DNA from: Cyanophora paradoxa CCMP329
Taxonomy: Eukaryota; Plantae; Glaucophyta
Assembly: GCA_004431415.1 (NCBI GenBank)
Contig: QPMI01000210.1
Coordinates: forward strand, 62,001-126,000
DNA length: 64,000 nucleotides
Direction of reading: 5' to 3'
This document shows positions 58,135-64,000 of this stretch, piece after piece (position 1 is the first letter of the stretch; every line of letters starts with the position of its first letter). A program made the position numbers and the translations under genes. Under the pieces are notes generated by a model, which had not been told where the DNA came from, did no database searches, and was given only the letters and a program-made list of their open reading frames with translations.

Positions 58135-58569
58135 GCGTCCCGCCCCAGCCCCCGGCCCCCCGCCCGTTCCTCTGAGCTAGCATCCCGGCCCACCGCGTGT
58201 CGCCCAGCCGCTAGGGAAGGAGGGAATCCAGCAGCGGGTCGGAAAACGGATCCCGGTCGCCCGCCCGCGGGGGCTGCCGAGGCGGAAACCGGCCCAGACC
58301 GCAGAGCTAGAGGCCAGCGTGCCGTTCGTCCCGTCCAGATCGCCGCCCGGTACTGCTGCTTAGAGCCGGCTGGGGCTAGCGATATCGATAGCGAGCGAAC
58401 TGCAGCGGGACTCGAGCGGCGTCATGCGTTCAGATCAGAAGGTAGTACACGACATGCCGACGAGTTGGGGACATGTGCAACGATGGGTTTGAACGAGCAG
58501 GCGGGCAGAACGCTGCTGTGGGCAGGCGATCCCAACCGAGCTCCAGCGCTCGTCGAGCGGGCTGGAAGC

Positions 58570-58915
58570 TTAGCGGTACTGCGAGAAGGATCCCATATAT
58601 GCGTCAGCAAAGCGCAAGGGCTTGAGGGCTCCTGCGCCTGCCCACCTTGATGAAGCCGATGTTCGCGGAGTGGTCGCGGAAGCAGCGGCGGCACATCATC
58701 AGGCCGTACTTGCGGATCAGGCCGTGGTGGTTGTTGCACACACGGCTGCCCCGCAGCGCGTCAGCGGAGCCAAGATACGCGATCGCACGCCACAGCTCCC
58801 TCACCACTGGCGGGAGCCAGCGCCGTACTTCTTCGGGTGCGAGTTCCAAATCGCCTGCGCCCCGCGGTCAGAGCGCCCGGAGGGGCGGGGCCGCCGAGCG
58901 TGCCTGGTGGCCCAT
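58570..58915 (-). CDS. RPS29: 40S ribosomal protein S29 (uS14), 4 exons
   Basis: Spliced product MGHQ|[17 protein letters not shown]|[33 protein letters not shown]|YR*. Confidence 0.97.
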
Positions 58916-59146
58916 GTTGTTGCAGAGTACCCGTGCCGGGCCGGGTACGGCGGTACGCGCGGGTTAGTGCCTGAAGCCGTTGCAGGGGTACAAGCTCACG
59001 ATTTTCGTGCCTTTCTTTTTGCTTTCAGCCATTCCCAACCGCTCCCAAACGCCCGAACACACCGCGGTGAGCGCATCTGCCGCGGTGACGCGCCCCCCGC
59101 GGCCCGGCAGCCAGCGCCGCCGGCTGGCAAAGCAGCAACAGCAGCA

Positions 59147-60232
59147 ATGTTCTTATTCGAGTGCGGCGGGTGCGGAGCCGCCGCAGCCGCCCCGGAGGAT
59201 CCAGCCAGCTGCAGCCCGGCGAGCCCTCTCTCGCTGCCATCCGATCTAATCGTTTCCGTCCTCGAGTTACTGGGCGCCGTGGACCTTTTCCGCGCAGGAC
59301 AGGTGAGCTTGCATGACGTACGCCTGATATGTATCCACGTCCGCTTGTTCCTGCCACTGCCGGACGAGAACGCGTACGGCGGGAACAGCCAGTTCTAGTT
59401 CTCCGCCGCGCCGCGGCGCCGTCGCTCCGTCCGATTAAGAATTGTCTGTATGCAGGTCTGCCGCGAGTTCCGTTCGGCGGCGCAAAATCCGCGGCTGTGG
59501 AGGACCGCCCGTGTCTCCAGCAAACTGCCGCAGGACCTGTACAGGGCGAACGTGGCGACTCTGCAGATCAGCTCTCTCGTCCCTCTGTGCGTTTTGCAGC
59601 GGGCCGCCTCCTGGAGGAATCGGGAGGCGCTCTGGCTACTTGGGCGGATGCACTTGATCGGCTCCCCCATGATGGCTCTGCTGCCTGACGAGGCGCACGG
59701 CATGTCCCTTCTCCTTGAGGCGGTGAGTCTCCTCCTGAGGAGGTGAGCGGCGTGCTCTCCGTGACACTCCCGGCCCGCCTGCGCAGGCGCAGATGGGACA
59801 CGCGCAGGCCCAGTACGAACTCGCGCTCGCCCACGCCCGCCGCGGCGACGACCGCAGCTACATCTACTGTACGCTTACTCTTTTATGCCATTTCCTTCGA
59901 ATTCTCTTCAGCTCACCCTCTGTCTCAAGGGACTCAACGGGCGGCGAACCAGGGGCACTCGCTGGCGCAGATCGCGCTCGGACTCGCATTCGCCTGCGGG
60001 CGGCGCGGCCTGCCCCAAGACCTCGCCGCGTTCCAGAAGTGGCGCCTGTGCGCGCTGCCCTCGCCCTTGCCCTCGAGCTCCGAGGCCGCGGGCTGAGCTG
60101 CCCCCGCGCAGGCTCTCGGGGTGCACGCAGGAGTACCACGTGAACCCGAACATGACCGAGGAGCAGGCGCGGGAGGGCGCACGGCAGGCCGCCCTCTGGC
60201 GGCCCGCCGTCGAGCTCGAGCGCGAGGACTAG
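59147..60232 (+). CDS. F-box protein with Sel1-like repeats
   Basis: LSLPSDLIVSVLELLGAVDLFRAGQVCREF (F-box); AQMGHAQAQYELA and RAANQGHSLAQIALG..GLPQD (Sel1). Confidence 0.8.
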
Positions 60233-60421
60233 CAACAGCGCGGCATGTCGGACGATTGCTTTACAGACGCGTACCGTAGTACTCTTCGGATTCGCATTTC
60301 AAGTTTAGATCAAACTAGCTCGGAGCTGATTAAATGAGTAGCTCGGGTGAAAATTCATGTACAGTTGTCGCCAGCGGGGGATCAGAATCGATATCGTTTC
60401 CACTAGAACCAACGTTGACTG

Positions 60422-60583
60422 CTCGAACCTATGTGAGCGTCAGCGTAGCATAGGGCAGTGTATGGCTGCCAAATAAAGGCAGCCTTGCTTACGCACATAT
60501 GTACAAGGGGCGCACTTACAAGTTATAAGTGCGCCCCTGGGGTACAAGCCTCAGTCTTGCTTCGCAGCCAAGGCCTCTAAGCT
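60422..60583 (+). repeat. 162-bp direct repeat copy 1 (hairpin-rich, LTR-like)
   Basis: Identical to 62468-62629. Contains AATAAA in a 7-bp stem-loop and TATAA overlapping a 13-bp hairpin. Confidence 0.95.
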
Positions 60584-60589
60584 GAGGTC

Positions 60590-61680
60590 ATGGCTCGCTC
60601 GCGGAGGAGCCCATCGTGGGCCCCTCTGTTCGTAGTCGTCTTGACCATCATTCTGCTCGTCGCCTGTGCCGAGGCGGCGCAGAAACGCAAGTCAACGGCC
60701 ACTGGTGCGCGCAAGTCGGCCAAACCCAAGACGGCGACGACCCCCGCGCCCCAGGCCCGGAGGTCGTCATCTCGTCTTCAAGCTCCGGCCAACGACAGTG
60801 CGGAGGAGGAGCAGCCTGCACCTCCGCCGACGCGATCTCGCAAAGGCAAGGAGAAAGCCGTGTCGCCGGATCCGGACCAGCAGCAGTCCGACCCAGAAGA
60901 TGAACCTGAGGACGACGTTGCCGTTAGACTGGCACAGCGTGAGCAGTTCGGTGGCGCCTACGACGAGGAAGAGCAAGTGGCTGCGCGCAACTTTCCGAAC
61001 TTGGCGCAAGTGGATCCGGGCGCGGCTGGCCCGTCAACCGGCTTCACCCGTCACCTTCAAGGCCCTTATGCTGTACCCGCTGGCAACTCGACTGCCCCAA
61101 CGTCGACCAAACCGGCAGCGGGTGCGCTTCCGCCAGCGTGGGCTGAGCTACTTCAGCGTGGGATAGATAGCGCGGTCATCAAGCTTCAAGAGCAGCAGCA
61201 GCAGCAGCTCGGCGAGCAGCAGAAAGACAACCATGAGGCTATGCAGCTCAAAAACCCGTGGCTTCGTGAGCTTGCCCTGCAGCTATCGCAGCTTAAGTTT
61301 CAGCTCAAGAGATGCTCTTCGTGCACTGCGTGCTACGATCACGTAAAGCAGAGCCTCAAAATCCTCGACGAGCTCCGGAAGCGGATCGACATTCGCGACA
61401 AGGGCGGCGACAAGCTTGCCGAGCGGCTGGCAGGTGTGCCAGAGGAGTATCGGGGCACGGCTGCGGCGCTGGCGCACGCGCTCAACATTGCTGGCCCGGA
61501 GGCCGCCGGCGGGCGCCCGTATGTGCAGCACGCCAACCCGCGCCCCAGCACCAGGGCCGCGATCGCCCGCCGTCGCAGCGCAACAGCGGGATGTGTTTCC
61601 GCTGCAACAAGCCCGGGCATGTCGTGAAGGATTGCCCGAACGAGCCGCGCCCCGGCTGGCGCGACCCCCCAAGTAGACGT
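60590..61680 (+). CDS. gag-like ORF1; zinc knuckle in the -1 frame
   Basis: 345-aa ORF 60590-61627. CFRCNKPGHVVKDC (CX2CX4HX4C) at ~61594-61635 is in the alternative frame. Confidence 0.7.
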
Positions 61681-62467
61681 GCGCGCCCTTGTGTGGACGC
61701 GCAGTTTTCGTTTCGCATTTCGCTAGATACTAGTGTTTCGGTGTGTTCTTGCAAGCATAAGTATTGCTAGCATATGCAAGTGCAGTCTTCAGAAGATCTA
61801 GAGTGTGCGTGTATGCTTCCCTAAACATGCAATACATGTATTATGCTTCCATTTCATGTGATGGTGTACATGTGGCCGGGTGCGGCATTGTGGCCGGGTG
61901 CGGCATAGTCATTACCAGCCGTGGTGGCGCCGGCGTGCTGTGGCTTTATGCATTGGTCCTGTGTGCATTTGCATGTGTTAACACTGTGAAGTGTGACTGT
62001 GATTGTAGTCTACTTTTCTTTTCAATGCTAGTGGCATATATTGCCGTCTGGATGACTCCAACCTGGCAGAGCCCCAGCTGACTCCCGGCAACTGACCTGT
62101 TTCCAGCACAGGTCAGGAGTGCTGCTGGCTGTCGAGCTCCTGGCCCCTCCGGCCTTCCCGTGTGTCGCTATCGCATACTGGGCGCTCTGAAATTAACCTA
62201 GTGCATTTTGCAGGTGAGGAGTACACAAGGGTACGAAGATTCCATGATGCCAACTGTTCCCGCTGATATCGCAGGTTGGCGCATTCATCCAGAAAGTCCA
62301 TGCCTGTGCAAATGTGTTGTGGCACTGTGGGTGCATTGTGGCACTGTGTGTGCATGTGAGCTCAAGACTTGAACCAACAAGCACATTGACACGCTCACTC
62401 TTATATTCTTCATGACAAGACATGTTGTGCTTAGCTTGCTGTAAGCAAGGCTGCCGTGGCAGCCATA

Positions 62468-62629
62468 CTCGAACCTATGTGAGCGTCAGCGTAGCATAGG
62501 GCAGTGTATGGCTGCCAAATAAAGGCAGCCTTGCTTACGCACATATGTACAAGGGGCGCACTTACAAGTTATAAGTGCGCCCCTGGGGTACAAGCCTCAG
62601 TCTTGCTTCGCAGCCAAGGCCTCTAAGCT
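62468..62629 (+). repeat. 162-bp direct repeat copy 2
   Basis: Identical to 60422-60583 (offset 2046). Confidence 0.95.
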
Positions 62630-62697
62630 TCTTCCCGTTCGCGTGTCACCATCTTCAAGCCAGCGGCTGCATGGACCATCAGCTGTAGCAGTGCTAG

Positions 62698-64000
62698 ATG
62701 GGCACCGCGATAATTGGGCATGTCTGCCAATGCAAGGCCTCACCTCACTTTGCAGGAGGCTTTGTTGCATCCTGCATTCAAGCTGCAGTCCAACAGTGGA
62801 GAGCGATTGGAGCCAATGATGTCGTGCTCAACTGGATCTTGCGTGGTTTCCCTTTGTCAGGAGCGAGGCGGCTGCCAGCAGAGCGCCGGGCCAACCACAA
62901 GTCTGCGGCTGTGGACCATCAGGACTTTGTGAGAACCGAAATTCAGAAGCTTTTGCGCACGGGAGCGATCAGAGAAGTTGAAGAAGCTCAAGTGAACATT
63001 GTCTGCTCACTGTCCGTGGTGCCCAAGAAGACTGGATCCAAGTTGCGGCTCATCTGGGATGGCCGGCCTACCAATAAAGGCCTTCCGGACATCCCCTTCA
63101 AGTATGAGACTCTTGAGCATGTTGCAGCCATGCTGCGCCAAGGCTGGTACATGTTCACTATTGACCTTGAATCTGGATACCACCACGTGCCAGTCTCACC
63201 GCAAGACTGGCGGAACATGGGCTTTGAGTTTGACAGCAAATTCTATGTGTACACAGTTTTGCCCTTCGGCCTCAAGCACTCACCGTTTGCATTCGTCAAG
63301 ATCATGCGACAAGTGGTCAACTACTTCCGCCGCTTTGGCATCTTCGTGGTGAACTATGTTGACGACTGGTGGTTTGCTGCTCCAACCTACGAGAAGGCCT
63401 GTGAATTGCGGGATTTCGTCCTCAAAACATTTGCTGCCCTCAAGCTTGTGGTCAACAGCAAATCTGAGCTCACCCCAGCACAGTCGGTGGCTTTCTTGGG
63501 CTTCATAGTGGACTCCGCCCGCATGTTGTTTGAAGTACCCCAAGACAAGCTTGGTCGTCTGCTTGCTTTGATCAAAGGGCTTCTGAAGAAAAAGAAATCA
63601 GCATCTGCACGTGAAATGGCCAAGGTCGCCGGCACCCTTGTGTCCATGGCACGGGGCTTGGCTCCAGCTCGCATCAAGACCAGGTCCCTCTTTCGATACA
63701 TCAATGTCGTGGCAAGAGAATGGCATTGGAATCATCCAGTGGAGCTCACCAATGAGACTCGTCGGGAACTTGAGTGGTGGCTGGCCAACATCCACCGATA
63801 CAATGGCCGCTGCCCTATTCGGCCTGAAAGGCTCCTTGTGTTGACTACGGATGCAAGCCATGTTGGTGCAGGAGCCTGGATCACTACCCGAATTGGTGAT
63901 GCTCAACCTGTGGCTTGGGAGCTTGAGCCTGCCCCATTCCAGTGCCTGTGGAACCAAGAAGAAGCTCAGCAAATTTCGTCGTGGCGCGAGTTAATGGCAG
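62698..64000 (+). CDS. Reverse transcriptase / RNase H (DIRS-type pol), open to the window end
   Basis: Hand translation from ATG 62698 gives VVPKK..KLRLIWDGR, FKYETL, TIDLESGYHHV, VLPFGLKHSPFAF, NYVDDW, FLGFIVDS, ELEWW, LTTDAS..GA, SSWRELMA, with no stop. Confidence 0.93.
   Translation, partial: MGTAIIGHVCQCKASPHFAGGFVASCIQAAVQQWRAIGANDVVLNWILRGFPLSGARRLPAERRANHKSAAVDHQDFVRTEIQKLLRTGAIREVEEAQVNIVCSLSVVPKKTGSKLRLIWDGRPTNKGLPDIPFKYETLEHVAAMLRQGWYMFTIDLESGYHHVPVSPQDWRNMGFEFDSKFYVYTVLPFGLKHSPFAFVKIMRQVVNYFRRFGIFVVNYVDDWWFAAPTYEKACELRDFVLKTFAALKLVVNSKSELTPAQSVAFLGFIVDSARMLFEVPQDKLGRLLALIKGLLKKKKSASAREMAKVAGTLVSMARGLAPARIKTRSLFRYINVVAREWHWNHPVELTNETRRELEWWLANIHRYNGRCPIRPERLLVLTTDASHVGAGAWITTRIGDAQPVAWELEPAPFQCLWNQEEAQQISSWRELMA

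Larger units (their letters stand above)
60422..64000 (+). mobile_element. DIRS-order (tyrosine-recombinase) retrotransposon, runs off the window end
   Basis: gag-like ORF with a CCHC knuckle, RT and DIRS-type RNase H, no protease motif seen, and 162-bp direct repeats. The YR gene would lie beyond the window. Confidence 0.85.

Noticed and set aside
60536-60554. Twister-ribozyme-like loop (GGTACAAGCC) or hammerhead in the 162-bp repeat
   Set aside because: The other required conserved elements (UAA/GC and GAG for twister; CUGANGA..GAAA for hammerhead) were not found in the right arrangement on either strand.
61764-62081. Hydrophobic Cys-rich ORF as an env-like gene
   Set aside because: Its composition is explained by TG-rich decayed sequence, it has a non-ATG start, and no motif is present.

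Overview
This is a very GC-rich, gene-dense eukaryotic nuclear window with many short (about 45-80 nt) spliceosomal introns, so most long ORFs in the six-frame track are GC artefacts or exon fragments. Two genes carry Phe-containing N-terminal transit peptides (MAFV.., MNTETAF..), one of them PsbQ-like. This points to a photosynthetic archaeplastid, most plausibly a glaucophyte such as Cyanophora (inference). Host genes I could splice by eye: CBM20 protein, ICT1/ArfB-type peptidyl-tRNA hydrolase, TM2 protein, stomatin-like protein 2, two F-box/LRR proteins, an RCC1+filamin protein, a coiled-coil+BRCT protein, mitochondrial aconitase, a PCD-peroxiredoxin fusion, PsbQ-like protein, ADP-ribosylglycohydrolase, SLC17/PHT4 transporter, OvoA, nucleoside hydrolase, NYN+RanBP2-ZnF protein, D-lactate dehydrogenase, RPS29 and an F-box/Sel1 protein. 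Two foreign blocks stand out. (1) About 20.2-25.9 kb is a compact, mostly intronless island with Nucleocytoviricota-like genes (SSB, DUF5767-like), repeated promoter-like motifs and iteron-like repeats, interpreted as an endogenous viral fragment. (2) From 60.4 kb to the window end is a DIRS-type retrotransposon with an identical, hairpin-rich 162-bp repeat in front of both gag and pol. Spliced-gene coordinates are approximate, and family assignments come from motif recognition, not database searches.
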